From Parcubacteria group bacterium 21-54-25 (GTDB lineage: Bacteria; Patescibacteriota; Minisyncoccia; Phycocordibacterales; Phycocordibacteraceae), in the NCBI GenBank assembly GCA_002255585.1, contig NCBJ01000001.1, positions 49,987 through 113,986 on the forward strand: 64,000 nucleotides of DNA. Reading direction: 5' to 3'. Both the position numbers and the translations under genes were made by a program. Shown here one piece after another: positions 48,448-58,678 of the stretch; positions within the stretch are counted from its first letter, which is position 1, and each line of letters starts with the position of its first letter. Under the pieces are notes generated by a model. It searched no databases, had not been told where the DNA came from, and worked only from the letters and a program-made list of their open reading frames with translations.

Positions 48448-49128
48448 ATGGGGACGCTTTCAGTCGTGGCAACGCCAATAGGGAACTTGGGCGACCTCAC
48501 GCTCCGGGCACTTGAGACACTCAAAAGCGTGGACGTTATTGCCTGCGAAGATACGCGCGTCACCGCAAAGCTCCTCGCGCGGTATGAGATAAAAAAGCCG
48601 CTCGTGATTTTCCACGCAAGAAAGGCGCGCGCCGGTGGCGCGCGCGTCCTTGCCCTTTTGAAAACAGGGAAGCACATTGCACTCGTGACGGACGCCGGTA
48701 CGCCTGGCATTTCGGATCCTGGTGCGGAGCTTGTGGCACTCGTGCGCCGCGAGTTGTCTGACGTGCGCATTGAGGTCATTCCGGGCGCTTCGGCACTTGT
48801 TGCTGCGCTCTCCATCGCCGGGGTGCCGGTCGCGGAGTTCACCTTTCTTGGTTTCCTACCGCACAAGAAAGGCCGCCAAACGCTCTTTGCGGAGATTGCG
48901 GCGGCCGCGCGTACCTACGTTTTTTATGAGTCACCGCATCGCATAGAGAAGGCACTCGCTTCGCTTGCGAGCGCGCTGCCAGACGAGCGGCGCGTGGTTG
49001 TTGCGCGCGAGCTCACAAAAATGCACGAATCGGTTACTACCGGTACCGCCACTGAGGTCGCGGCCTATTTCACCAACCACCCAGACGAGGTCCGCGGCGA
49101 GTTTGTCGTCATTGTGGCATCGCACTAG
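48448..49128 (+). CDS. rsmI: 16S rRNA (cytidine1402-2'-O)-methyltransferase RsmI (tetrapyrrole-methylase fold)
   Basis: LSVVATPIGNLGDLTLRALETLKSVDVIACEDTRVTAKLL is the canonical RsmI N-terminus. Confidence 0.8.
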   Translation: MGTLSVVATPIGNLGDLTLRALETLKSVDVIACEDTRVTAKLLARYEIKKPLVIFHARKARAGGARVLALLKTGKHIALVTDAGTPGISDPGAELVALVRRELSDVRIEVIPGASALVAALSIAGVPVAEFTFLGFLPHKKGRQTLFAEIAAAARTYVFYESPHRIEKALASLASALPDERRVVVARELTKMHESVTTGTATEVAAYFTNHPDEVRGEFVVIVASH

Positions 49129-49348
49129 CGGGCTCAACACGTAATCGCACCAGCGGACAATTTATCGAGTTTTCCACTTCACGGGACGACGGATGTGTCG
49201 GCCCGCCAATCGACACGTAGTCGGGAGTCGTCACGCAACTCGTTTCGTTTCGGCCGCCGTTCATTAGTCGGCCTCGCACGAGGCTGGCTTTTGTTATTTG
49301 TAGCTCCCTGGTACACTGGAGCCATCACATTATATAACCAGTATCATC

Positions 49349-49591
49349 ATGTCTTCTGAAAGCACGCTTATTCTTTTCGGTTTCCTCATCATCATCACGC
49401 CATTTTTGGGCTTGCCGTTTTCGTGGTACAGCTATATTCTCCCTATTCTCGGTCTTTTTGTATTTGGTATAGGCCTCTCGTTTCGTATGCGCCGGTATCG
49501 AGCGCGCAAGCCACATGACCACGCTGCACCTATGCACGACGATGGTGCTGACCAGGAGCCCACGCCCCACGACCCATCACCTATCGCGTAA
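49349..49591 (+). CDS. Small membrane protein (80 aa), hypothetical
   Basis: Two hydrophobic helices and a charged His/Asp-rich tail. Confidence 0.4.
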   Translation: MSSESTLILFGFLIIITPFLGLPFSWYSYILPILGLFVFGIGLSFRMRRYRARKPHDHAAPMHDDGADQEPTPHDPSPIA

Positions 49592-49671
49592 CCTATACAT
49601 TTTCTTGGCGCAATGGAGCGTTCCTAAACAGAGTCAATACTCCGCCTCTTAGTGCGGTATAATCGACCGTA

Positions 49672-51408
49672 ATGGAGAACCCTGAACGTGTCACGTACTT
49701 TGCCGCAACTGATGCGCGCGGACAACGCACGCCGTTTGGTATCAAACAGAAGGATCGTTCCAAACACATGTACGTTATCGGCAAAACAGGCATGGGCAAA
49801 TCAACCCTGCTCGAGAACATGGCGATACAGGATATTCGAAATGGCGAGGGACTCGCTTTTATCGACCCGCACGGCGGCACTGCCGATAAGTTGCTTGACT
49901 ACATTCCAGAGGAACGAATACCCGACGTAGTGTACTTTGCGCCGTTTGATATGAATCAGCCGATTGCGTTCAACATCATGGAAGACGTGGGATACGACAA
50001 ACGCCACCTCGTGGTAAGCGGTCTCATGGCGACGTTCAAGAAAATCTGGCAGGATGCGTGGAGCGCGCGCATGGAGTACATTCTCTCAAACACACTTCTG
50101 GCGCTTCTCGAGTACCCGGACGCGACGTTGCTTGGCGTCAACCGCATGTATACCGACAAGGCATATCGCAAACTCGTCGTGGACAACGTGAAAGATCCAC
50201 TCGTCAAAGACTTCTGGACAAAAGAGTTTGCTGGCTACACTGACCGCTATACGCAGGAGGCGACACCGGCTATTCAAAACAAAATCGGCCAATTCACGAG
50301 CAATCCGCTCATTCGAAACATTATCGGGCAACCGAAGTCCTCGTTCGATATTCGCGAGATGATGGACCAAAGAAAGATTCTTATCATCAATCTCTCCAAA
50401 GGACTCGTGGGTGACACCAACATGCAGCTCTTGGGCTCCATGCTTACGACGCGTATCTTTTTGGCGGCTATGAGCCGCGCTGACGCAGCAGCACCAGAGA
50501 TGGCCAAGCTGCCACACTTCTATTTCTACGTCGACGAATTCCAGAACTTCGCAAACGAAACATTTGCCGAGATACTTTCCGAGGCGCGCAAATACAAACT
50601 AAACCTCGTCATTGCACACCAGTACGTAGAGCAGATGGAGGAAGAGGTGCGCGCAGCGGTCTTTGGCAACGTCGGGACAACGGTAGCGTTTCGCGTCGGA
50701 CCGTTTGACGCGGAGATACTCGAGACGGTGTTCATGCCAGAATTTACCAAAGAAGATCTGGTGAACCTTGGGTTTGCGCAGATCTATCTTACCCTCATGA
50801 TTGACGGCGTCGGTTCGCGGCCGTTCTCTGCCGTCACTATTGCACCCATTGAACCGCCTCCACACACGTTTAAGACTGAGGTCATCGAGGCGTCGCGTGC
50901 GCAATTTGGGCACCCTCGCGACCAGATAGAAGCAGCCGTTACAGCAGAGCTTGCTACCACTACCAGCACGGAAACGAGGGGCGCTAGTGCCGCCCCACCC
51001 GCGCGCAACGGGAAAAAGGCTCCCCGGATATCTCCGCGAGATACGGAACAGTCTCCGCCGATCGAAGGAACTACCCACCGCCCACCACGCCCTGTTGCGG
51101 TCCCCCCAACACCACAAAAGACGGCTGACGAGCTCAAGGCCGTACTACGTTCGATTACCACCACTACTTCCGCCACCAAACTGCGCAAAGAAACAACACA
51201 GAAGCACGCGCTCAAGAGCGCGCTTTCTGACGTGCTACAGCGTGCCGGGGGAACGACATCCTCATACAAACCGCCCCACAATGCGCCGGTGCCAGGCCCT
51301 GCGCGCCCACGTGAATCACCCCCACAACAAAAAGAAAACAGAGAAGCAGCTCTTCCATTTGAAGTGCCTGAAGAAACGTTGAAGAACGTACTTAATGGCC
51401 ATGCGTAA
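49672..51408 (+). CDS. P-loop ATPase, TraD/VirD4/DUF87-like (type IV coupling-protein-like) with Pro/Thr-rich C-terminal tail
   Basis: Walker A YVIGKTGMGKSTLL, then AFIDPHGG. Walker B FYFYVDEFQNFA. The C-terminal 180 aa are low-complexity (PPPHTFK...PRPVAVPPTPQK...). Confidence 0.5.
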   Translation: MENPERVTYFAATDARGQRTPFGIKQKDRSKHMYVIGKTGMGKSTLLENMAIQDIRNGEGLAFIDPHGGTADKLLDYIPEERIPDVVYFAPFDMNQPIAFNIMEDVGYDKRHLVVSGLMATFKKIWQDAWSARMEYILSNTLLALLEYPDATLLGVNRMYTDKAYRKLVVDNVKDPLVKDFWTKEFAGYTDRYTQEATPAIQNKIGQFTSNPLIRNIIGQPKSSFDIREMMDQRKILIINLSKGLVGDTNMQLLGSMLTTRIFLAAMSRADAAAPEMAKLPHFYFYVDEFQNFANETFAEILSEARKYKLNLVIAHQYVEQMEEEVRAAVFGNVGTTVAFRVGPFDAEILETVFMPEFTKEDLVNLGFAQIYLTLMIDGVGSRPFSAVTIAPIEPPPHTFKTEVIEASRAQFGHPRDQIEAAVTAELATTTSTETRGASAAPPARNGKKAPRISPRDTEQSPPIEGTTHRPPRPVAVPPTPQKTADELKAVLRSITTTTSATKLRKETTQKHALKSALSDVLQRAGGTTSSYKPPHNAPVPGPARPRESPPQQKENREAALPFEVPEETLKNVLNGHA

Positions 51409-52933
51409 ATATCTTTTCATCGGGTTTTTAGCAGCAGCAGTGCCCATGGCGGCGCAGGCGTCGGTACGCATCAACGAAATTGCGTGGATGGGTACTGACG
51501 AAAGCGCAAGCGCCGAGTGGATGGAGCTTTCAAACGATGATAATCAACCAGTCGATCTGTCCGGATGGATACTCAACGCTGCGGACGGCTCACCGTCTAT
51601 CACGTTTCCAGACGGTGCGCACATCGATGCACAGGGCTATTTCTTGTTGGAGCGCACGCGCGATACGACAGTGCCAAGTGTTCCTGCTGACCTCATATAT
51701 ACCGGGAGCTTGAGTAATAGTGGTGAGACACTCACGCTCACCGACGCCGCTTCGACGACGGTCGACGTGGTCGTGGGGGGTGATGGTTGGTGCGCCGTGG
51801 GTGGCGATAATGCGACCAAACAAACCGCGCAGCGTACCGGATCTGGTTGGATTACTGCGACAGCAACACCGCGTGCGGCAAACGCTGCAACGGGTACGAC
51901 TGCCTCTTGCGACAAGGCGACCGACCAAGCAACGGGATCAAAAGGTGCATCCACGAGCACCAGCACTACTACTGCCACCGACTCAACCGCCGCTGCCGTT
52001 GCAACCACGACCGCCCCCGCCACTTCCGCAGGATCAGGAGGGGGCGGTGGCCCGCCAACCTATGAACCGGTACCGCCGGTTTTTCTCAGTATCGGACCGG
52101 ATCGGACCGTTGTCGCGGGAGCAGATACCAAATTCCAGGCGCTCGTTTCAGACGGGCAGGGACACCGCTACGCGGCGGCGACGGTGCACTGGGCGTTTGG
52201 CGACGGGTCTTCCGCGGACAGTACGAATGTATTTAAGAGCTACCGCGCACCGGGTACCTACCTGGTGACAGCGGCAGCCATACAGGGTCTTGGCAGCGGA
52301 GCAGACGACCTCACCGTGACGGTGAAAGACGCTGCCGTGCGGGTGATCACGGTGTCGCCCCAAGGCATCACCATTGCAAATGACTCGGCAAGCCGGCTCG
52401 ACCTCTCTTTCTGGAGACTGCGCGCGGGCACGACGACGTACGCACTCCCCGAAGGAACGAAAGTACTTCCGCACGTCACCGTTTTGTTTCCAAAAGATAT
52501 TACCAACCTTCCGTTCACACACGACAGCGCGCTTTTGTATCCAAACGGAAAGATAGCAGCAGGGTACCGCGTAGTAAAAGATGTGGCCGCAGCGCTTCCC
52601 ACGACACCACGTGTGCAACCTGCGGTGCCCACAGAGGGTTTTAACCCTATACAGGTCGGGGCACCTGTAGTTCATAACAGCGCTAACCATATTTCGGCGT
52701 ATGATGAAAATACAGCAGTAGCAGCCCCCGCCGCCTCGGCTAAAACCGAGGTGGCGGGGGCGCTTTACGCAGAGCACGCGTCGGCGACTGCATCTAGGTT
52801 GATTGCCGCTACTTCTACGGCTACCTCACCCGGCACGGTGCTATTTCCTTTTCAGTCGTTCTTTTCCTCCCCGCTTACGATTACGCTCGTCGGCGTTTTG
52901 CTCGCTTCTGGCACGGTTCTGGTCCTCCTTTGA
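51395..52933 (+). CDS. Lamin-tail-domain (LTD) containing surface protein with C-terminal TM anchor
   Basis: Signal peptide MAMRKYLFIGFLAAAVPMAAQA. LTD motifs VRINEIAWMGT, SAEWMELSN, DLSGWIL, LSNSGETLTL. C-terminal hydrophobic anchor ITLVGVLLASGTVLVLL. Confidence 0.65.
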   Translation: MAMRKYLFIGFLAAAVPMAAQASVRINEIAWMGTDESASAEWMELSNDDNQPVDLSGWILNAADGSPSITFPDGAHIDAQGYFLLERTRDTTVPSVPADLIYTGSLSNSGETLTLTDAASTTVDVVVGGDGWCAVGGDNATKQTAQRTGSGWITATATPRAANAATGTTASCDKATDQATGSKGASTSTSTTTATDSTAAAVATTTAPATSAGSGGGGGPPTYEPVPPVFLSIGPDRTVVAGADTKFQALVSDGQGHRYAAATVHWAFGDGSSADSTNVFKSYRAPGTYLVTAAAIQGLGSGADDLTVTVKDAAVRVITVSPQGITIANDSASRLDLSFWRLRAGTTTYALPEGTKVLPHVTVLFPKDITNLPFTHDSALLYPNGKIAAGYRVVKDVAAALPTTPRVQPAVPTEGFNPIQVGAPVVHNSANHISAYDENTAVAAPAASAKTEVAGALYAEHASATASRLIAATSTATSPGTVLFPFQSFFSSPLTITLVGVLLASGTVLVLL

Positions 52934-52968
52934 GAACGGGAATTTTGTGTATATACAGGTAATTATTT

Positions 52969-53844
52969 ATGTCAAAACCAAAAAAAATAATAGTAGTTAC
53001 GGGTGGGGCGGGATTTATCGGCTCACACCTGTGTGAACGGTTGGTCAAAGACGGCCACACGGTTGTCTCTCTCGATAATTACTTCACCGGGAGCACAGAC
53101 AACCACGTGAAGGGCGTTGAATACCGCAAAGGTCATACCAAAGACATAGAGAAACACGTGCCCGAGACGCCCGACATCGTCTATCACCTGGGCGAGTACT
53201 CGCGCACGGCGGTGGCGATTGAGGAGCCCAACGTTGTCTTCGATCTAAACACTCTCGGCACGTTTGGTGTTCTTGAGCATTGGCGTAAGCGCAAATACAA
53301 ACTCGTCTATGCCGGTTCATCAACAAAGTTTGCAGATGTTCGCGCAGACCATATCGAAGGTCGACATCTTTCCCCATATACGTACGCGAAAGCAGTTAAT
53401 ACAGATTTGGTTCGAGACTACGGACGGTGGTACCAGTTGCCGTGGGCGATAGCGTATTTTTATAACGTATACGGTCCCCGCGAGCTTTCTGGCAAGTACG
53501 GAACGGTAGTAGAGATATTTAAACAACAGTACTTAGCGGGGCAGCCGCTGACCATGCGACTTCCGGGAACCCAAAAACGCACATACACGCACGTGTTAGA
53601 TACAGTCAACGGGCTCATTCATATCGGAGAGCAGGGTAATAATGACGAGTTTGGCATTGCTGCACACGAGACGTACACCACGCGCGCTGTCGCGGAAATG
53701 TTCGATACAGAAATTGAGGAGCTACCAGCAAGGAAAACCAGCCGGCCATCGACTCCCGTGGACACTAGCAAGCTCGAAACGCTCGGCTGGCAACAGCAGC
53801 ATTACCTGACAGACTATATTAAAAGTATAACGCGGTCACGATAA
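52969..53844 (+). CDS. NAD-dependent epimerase/dehydratase family protein
   Basis: VTGGAGFIGSHL Rossmann motif. YxxxK context SPYTYAKAVN. Confidence 0.75.
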   Translation: MSKPKKIIVVTGGAGFIGSHLCERLVKDGHTVVSLDNYFTGSTDNHVKGVEYRKGHTKDIEKHVPETPDIVYHLGEYSRTAVAIEEPNVVFDLNTLGTFGVLEHWRKRKYKLVYAGSSTKFADVRADHIEGRHLSPYTYAKAVNTDLVRDYGRWYQLPWAIAYFYNVYGPRELSGKYGTVVEIFKQQYLAGQPLTMRLPGTQKRTYTHVLDTVNGLIHIGEQGNNDEFGIAAHETYTTRAVAEMFDTEIEELPARKTSRPSTPVDTSKLETLGWQQQHYLTDYIKSITRSR

Positions 53845-53913
53845 TAGGAGTTTACATAAATAAATATAGATGGCGGCACGTATCGTGCCGCCATCGGTTG
53901 TATTTCTCCTAAG

Positions 53914-54279
53914 CTAAGCTCGAGTCGAAATGAGTGAGAGCCAAGGATTGGGCGCGGAGCCATCAAGGAGCAACTCCTCGTTGTCGATCTCAATCGTTGG
54001 TTCATCGAGGTAGCCTGTAGGAATCCACACCTCCTCGTCCACTAGGGGTCCGAAGTGGTTGGGGGGAAGGAGCAAGTAGAGCCAACTAGACGTGTTTGCC
54101 GCTATGCACGCTCGGATAAAGTCCTCACGGAAGAATCCAAGCAGAGCGTACGCCGCTTGCCAAGAGGTTGGTTTCTTGGTGACCGAGATCGTGAACACAA
54201 GCGGGTCAGTTTCGCCGGACCCGTCGCTACACTGTGTCTGTCTGCGCCCAAATACGTATACGTAGTGTACATCTGCCAT
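53914..54279 (-). CDS. Hypothetical protein (about 121 aa)
   Basis: ORF 53914-54339 with the likely start at MADVHYVYVF. No domain recognised. It is the only minus-strand gene in this stretch. Confidence 0.35.
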   Translation of the reverse strand: MADVHYVYVFGRRQTQCSDGSGETDPLVFTISVTKKPTSWQAAYALLGFFREDFIRACIAANTSSWLYLLLPPNHFGPLVDEEVWIPTGYLDEPTIEIDNEELLLDGSAPNPWLSLISTRA

Positions 54280-54327
54280 GGCTTTAACCTCCTTTGATTG
54301 AAAGCCAGTAATGATGATATTAGTTGA

Positions 54328-55554
54328 TTGATAAGTCAAATTTTGGCATTATGTGCTGAGAATGTTACACTTTATGCCGTGAACAAGCCCAAAAAGATTC
54401 TCATTTTTTCGCTCGCATACTACCCGAGCCACGTGAGCGGTGCAGAGGTAGCCATAAAGGAAATTACCGACCGTATTGCGCCCAAAGACATAGAATTTCA
54501 TCTCGTCACACTTTTGTTTGACAAGACGACGGCACGAGAAGAGGTCATTGATCATGTGCATGTGCATCGCGTTGGCTCCGGAGGTGCGTATCTTTCCAAG
54601 GTGCTGTTTCCGCTTGCGGCTGCGCTCAAAGCGAGCTCGTTACATAAACAACATCACTTTGACGCGCTGTGGGTCATGATGACCTATATGCTCCTGCCGG
54701 CAATGCTCGCCAAGTGTGTTGGAGTAAACGCACCACACATTCTCACGCTTCAGGACGGCGACCCGTATGAAAAAGTGTTCGGGCGAGCTCGCATTTGGCC
54801 GTTCCTACCGCTCATCGATCGTGGTTTTCGCACGGCAAAAATTGTGCAGGCGATATCGGCGTATCTTGCAACGTGGCCTGCCAGACGTGGGTATCGCGGG
54901 GAAGTGATTACGATACCAAACGGTGCGTCCATCCCATCGGCACAGCCCTATCCGCAAGAAGAACTTGATGCACTCAAGAAAGAGATCGGCAAACAGAAAG
55001 GCGAGGTGTTCCTCGTCAGCGTCTCCCGGCTCGTGCATCAGAAGGCCATCGATATCATCATCCGTGCTCTCCCGCTCCTGCCAGAGAACATCCGGTACCT
55101 CTGTGTGGGAGATGGCGAGGAGCGCGAATCGCTCGAATCGCTCGCTCAAGAACTTGGCGTTGCCGACAGAGTCATCTTTACCGGTCAAGTCGACCGGACG
55201 ATGACCGCGAAATATCGGAAGATATCCGATATATTTGTCCTCCCGAGTCGGTCAGAAGGACAAGGCATCTCTTTCCTTTCGACCATGGTATCCGGTCTCC
55301 CTATGATCGCGACGCAGGAGGGTGGTATCGCAGACTTCCTTTTCGATGCGAAACGGAACCCTGACAAGCCAACAACCGGCTGGGCAGTCGATGTGGATCG
55401 GCCAGAGCAGATTGCCGAAGCGGTCAAAGATATTCTCGCGCACTCTGATATCGCCCAGAAAGTGACAAAGAACGCCTCAAAGTTTGCACACGAGCATTAT
55501 GATTGGGACGTGATAGCCAAAGATATGGAAGGGCAGGTATTCCGTAACGTATAA
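54328..55554 (+). CDS. Glycosyltransferase family 1 (GT4)
   Basis: LPSRSEGQGISFLSTMVSGLPMIATQEGGIADFL matches the EX7E region. Confidence 0.75.
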   Translation: MISQILALCAENVTLYAVNKPKKILIFSLAYYPSHVSGAEVAIKEITDRIAPKDIEFHLVTLLFDKTTAREEVIDHVHVHRVGSGGAYLSKVLFPLAAALKASSLHKQHHFDALWVMMTYMLLPAMLAKCVGVNAPHILTLQDGDPYEKVFGRARIWPFLPLIDRGFRTAKIVQAISAYLATWPARRGYRGEVITIPNGASIPSAQPYPQEELDALKKEIGKQKGEVFLVSVSRLVHQKAIDIIIRALPLLPENIRYLCVGDGEERESLESLAQELGVADRVIFTGQVDRTMTAKYRKISDIFVLPSRSEGQGISFLSTMVSGLPMIATQEGGIADFLFDAKRNPDKPTTGWAVDVDRPEQIAEAVKDILAHSDIAQKVTKNASKFAHEHYDWDVIAKDMEGQVFRNV

Positions 55555-55644
55555 TGCGCTTGACATATGTAGATTATCAACGTAATCTACATATCAGACA
55601 ATCCTGTCAACTAGACGTCCGTAGGCGGATAAGGAAGGTGTGCG

Positions 55645-56166
55645 TTGGACGCAAAACTTTTAGCGGATTTGACGGTCCGTAGCATCATGGGACACGCTCT
55701 TCATCCAAAAGAGCCGAAAAATGCAGTGCGCAAGTGGGACGGGAAGACCCCATACGGTGTTCACCCAGTGTGGTGTGCAATGACCGTGCTCACGGAGGAG
55801 CTTCTCCCAGAAAGTTGCCGGATCCGCCTATCACAGGCACTCCTATTTCATGACTTCCGTGAAGACACAGACGACGAGGTTCCGGACTCTGTTGAAGACG
55901 GAGTCAGTGCGCTCGTTGATGAGATGACCTTTAGGAGCTCGGATGATGAAATGGAAAACCTATGGTCGCGGAGCGACGAGACGAAGCTTGGGAAGTTGTA
56001 TGATAAAACTTTCAACTTTCTTGATAACAGCTGGATGTCAGACGAGCGTAAGGCGAAACACGCCGCTCATCTACGTCGGTTGTGTGATGTGGTGCAGCGC
56101 TTGTACGGCACTCTCAACATCGTACTCATTGCTCGGGGAGTGCTACATAAGCTCGATGTCGCGTAA
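55645..56166 (+). CDS. HD-domain phosphohydrolase (YfbR-like)
   Basis: H...HPVWCAMT...LLFHDFRED follows the HD pattern H..H...HD. Followed by terminator 56166-56203. Confidence 0.55.
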   Translation: MDAKLLADLTVRSIMGHALHPKEPKNAVRKWDGKTPYGVHPVWCAMTVLTEELLPESCRIRLSQALLFHDFREDTDDEVPDSVEDGVSALVDEMTFRSSDDEMENLWSRSDETKLGKLYDKTFNFLDNSWMSDERKAKHAAHLRRLCDVVQRLYGTLNIVLIARGVLHKLDVA

Positions 56167-56203
56167 AAAAGCAGAAGGCCCAGTCTCGGGGCCTTCTTTT
56201 TTA
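56166..56203 (+). terminator. Rho-independent terminator
   Basis: AGAAGGCCCAGTCTCGGGGCCTTCTTTTTT. Confidence 0.7.
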
Positions 56204-56229
56204 TTAAAAGCTGGTGATATACTCCGGAC

Positions 56230-57006
56230 ATGGATACTCATGACCTCATCACCACTGCTGTACGCAAGGCAGGAGAGTTGGTTGTGCGTCTGCGCAAAGA
56301 GCACTTTGAGACTTTGAGCAAGGGCGACAATCCGCGCGATATCGTGACTTCGGTCGATCTTGTGGTGAACGATTTTTTGGTAGAGAAGATTCGTTCGGTA
56401 TTCCCTGACGACAAGATTTACTCTGAAGAAGGAGCCGACGCAGTTACGAGTGCTCCGCGGCTCTGGACCATTGACCCTATCGACGGGTCATCGAATTTCT
56501 CGCGCGGAATTCCACATTATTCAATTTGTCTTGCGCTTCTTGTGAGTGGGGTGCCAGAAGCGGGTGCCGTTTACAACCCAGTTACGCAAGAGCTGTTTAG
56601 CTTCAAGCGGGGCAGTGGTGCGTTCTTGAACGGAACACAGATTCACGTTTCCACGGAGGCAGAACTCAAGAACGCATTTGTTCTTTTACATGCCGGACGC
56701 AAGCCCGAATTACGCGAATGGGGCGGGAACGCCTATCGACAGCTTCTTGAGCACGCAAAGAAAACGAGCAATCTTGCAGGGAGCGCACTCGACATGTGCT
56801 TTGTAGCGGCAGGTCGTGTCGAGATAGACATTTATGGTACGGGTACCCTGCTCGACATTGCAGCTGCGGTAGGCATTTTGCGCGAAGCTGGGGGTATTAT
56901 CATAAACAAGGAAGGAGAGCCGGCAGAACTACTGGGAGTACCGCAGCGCATTATCGCAGCAAACTCGGCCGCCATGGCTGACCAGGTTCGATCAGTTGTC
57001 GGTTAA
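56230..57006 (+). CDS. Inositol monophosphatase family protein (SuhB/IMPase-like)
   Basis: WTIDPIDGSSNFSRGIPHYSICLAL signature (DPIDGT) and the C-terminal GTLLDIAAAVGILREAGGII motif. Confidence 0.75.
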   Translation: MDTHDLITTAVRKAGELVVRLRKEHFETLSKGDNPRDIVTSVDLVVNDFLVEKIRSVFPDDKIYSEEGADAVTSAPRLWTIDPIDGSSNFSRGIPHYSICLALLVSGVPEAGAVYNPVTQELFSFKRGSGAFLNGTQIHVSTEAELKNAFVLLHAGRKPELREWGGNAYRQLLEHAKKTSNLAGSALDMCFVAAGRVEIDIYGTGTLLDIAAAVGILREAGGIIINKEGEPAELLGVPQRIIAANSAAMADQVRSVVG

Positions 57007-58097
57007 ACCTGAGCGAATTCGCGTTGCCGCGCCTTCTCTTCTTCGGAACGGAGAGCATCGCGCCGGGTTTTGTAATTCTCAATCGTTTCTGGCGAGACTG
57101 GTTCGTCTACGAGAATAGCATCTAACACTTCTGCCCAAAAATCGAGCCGTGCTTGGGTGAGCGTGTGCAGATCGCCGGTGGTGCGAGTGAGTGAGCGGGC
57201 ATAATACGCGAGCAGCTGGCCGAGCTTGAATGCGCGCATTAGGCGCAATGATAGATACTCCTCGGGTGTTCGATTCTCGCGCACGTATTCGACGAGTGTC
57301 TGCTCAAGTGGTTGATTATAGAGCAACATATAGTTTAGGAACCGTGCCCAGCTTTCATATTTGTTACCGAAACGGAACGAAGTGTGGTCGAGTAGATAGA
57401 CTTGCTCTTGCGTAACGCGTAGGTTGTGTGGGACAAAGTCTGTATGGGTTAGAAAACCGCAGTACTGTTCGATGGTTTTGACGTGATTAATAAGAAACGT
57501 TGCCGCGTTTTTGATCGTCTCCTGAAGAGAGGCATTTTTAGGTGTGTTCGTGTCGATGTCGTGCGCGAACGAGGAGAAATCGGCGAGGTAGCTCTTTGCA
57601 TCTGCTTTCTCGAAAATATGGCGGATAATACGATCGTGCCCATACGCAACTGTATGAGTTGCCTCCTGGGCCTTAAGCTCTTTGAGCGCGAGCACGAACT
57701 GTTTGCGAAGAGGATATTCCAAGAAACGTTTTTCTTCGGGAATAAACCCAGTGATGGCGACAGTCAAGCCGTCGTGCTTCTCGAATAACAATTCTTCTGG
57801 TGCAGGAAATGATTGGTAGGCAAACGGGAGATGGGGAAGCGTTACTCGTAGCTGGTGTTCGCTTTCTATTTCTTTCGCCCCGTTTGCATCACTACTCGCC
57901 TTTATGATGACGCGTTTGGTGTCGCTGAGGCGGGTGCCGACTAACACCAGCTTTTTGCCGCTCATAAGAAAACGTTCTCCTGATACATGCACTTGATTTG
58001 GTGACAGACTATAACCGAGTTTGGTGAGGCGTGTGCGGACGCGCGTAAGCTCGTTAGTGCGGTATGCATCCCACTCCTTTTTTGCGTCAGTTGCCAT
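57003..58097 (-). CDS. Aminoglycoside/choline-kinase-fold phosphotransferase (APH-like)
   Basis: Catalytic loop HTDFVPHNLRV (HxDxxxxN) and the DFG-like LLDHTSFRFG. Function inferred from the fold only. Confidence 0.5.
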   Translation of the reverse strand: MATDAKKEWDAYRTNELTRVRTRLTKLGYSLSPNQVHVSGERFLMSGKKLVLVGTRLSDTKRVIIKASSDANGAKEIESEHQLRVTLPHLPFAYQSFPAPEELLFEKHDGLTVAITGFIPEEKRFLEYPLRKQFVLALKELKAQEATHTVAYGHDRIIRHIFEKADAKSYLADFSSFAHDIDTNTPKNASLQETIKNAATFLINHVKTIEQYCGFLTHTDFVPHNLRVTQEQVYLLDHTSFRFGNKYESWARFLNYMLLYNQPLEQTLVEYVRENRTPEEYLSLRLMRAFKLGQLLAYYARSLTRTTGDLHTLTQARLDFWAEVLDAILVDEPVSPETIENYKTRRDALRSEEEKARQREFAQV

Positions 58098-58605
58098 GGT
58101 TTAGTATCTGCTCAAGTGTGTGTATGTGTTTCTGCCATGCGCCGTCCCACGCCGCAAGTGCATGAGTCGGTTCCGGTTCAAAAGGAAGAATTTCCGGTTT
58201 CGAACCCGGGATATCTTTTATGACTGCGCGCGCGCGAATAGATGTGATATTTTCGAGCAGTCGGCTGCGCTTGTGGGCTGTTTTATCCGCGATACAAAGA
58301 ATGAATGGGACGGGATTCCTAAGCAGAAGAGGTAGCTCAACAGATGCGCCGTTTACCGCGATGATCACGTCTGTATCTCGAGCAGTCTTTCTCAACACAT
58401 CGCGAAACGTACGTAGGCGCGCAAAGCGCGGCTGGTGCTTGTCTACGGCAATAACCTTCACACCTGCAAGTTCTTCAGGCAAGTGCGTGTACGCTACCAC
58501 CGTGACCTCGTGGTGCATTGAAAGGCGCCGCGCGAGTTCTTTGGTGTAGGCGGCCGCACCGGCGATTTCAGGTGGGTAGAGCGGGGTGGCAAGCACTATG
58601 CGCAT
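58087..58605 (-). CDS. Glycosyltransferase N-terminal-domain-only protein (172 aa), truncated paralog of the adjacent GT
   Basis: MRIVLATPLYPPEIAGAAAYTKELARRL is paralogous to MRLVIATPLYPPEPGGPATYAKVLAEGL of CDS 58679-59710. It lacks the C-terminal catalytic EX7E domain. Confidence 0.5.
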   Translation of the reverse strand: MRIVLATPLYPPEIAGAAAYTKELARRLSMHHEVTVVAYTHLPEELAGVKVIAVDKHQPRFARLRTFRDVLRKTARDTDVIIAVNGASVELPLLLRNPVPFILCIADKTAHKRSRLLENITSIRARAVIKDIPGSKPEILPFEPEPTHALAAWDGAWQKHIHTLEQILNHGN

Positions 58606-58678
58606 AGCGGAAGTCTAGCATAATGCACATAACCACCCCTGGTGGCGCAGAAGGTACAAAAAAGATACCATTTTAAGT

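Noticed and set aside
50086-50517. 143-aa minus-strand ORF within the TraD-like ATPase gene
   Set aside because: It is antisense to a gene with clear Walker A/B motifs.
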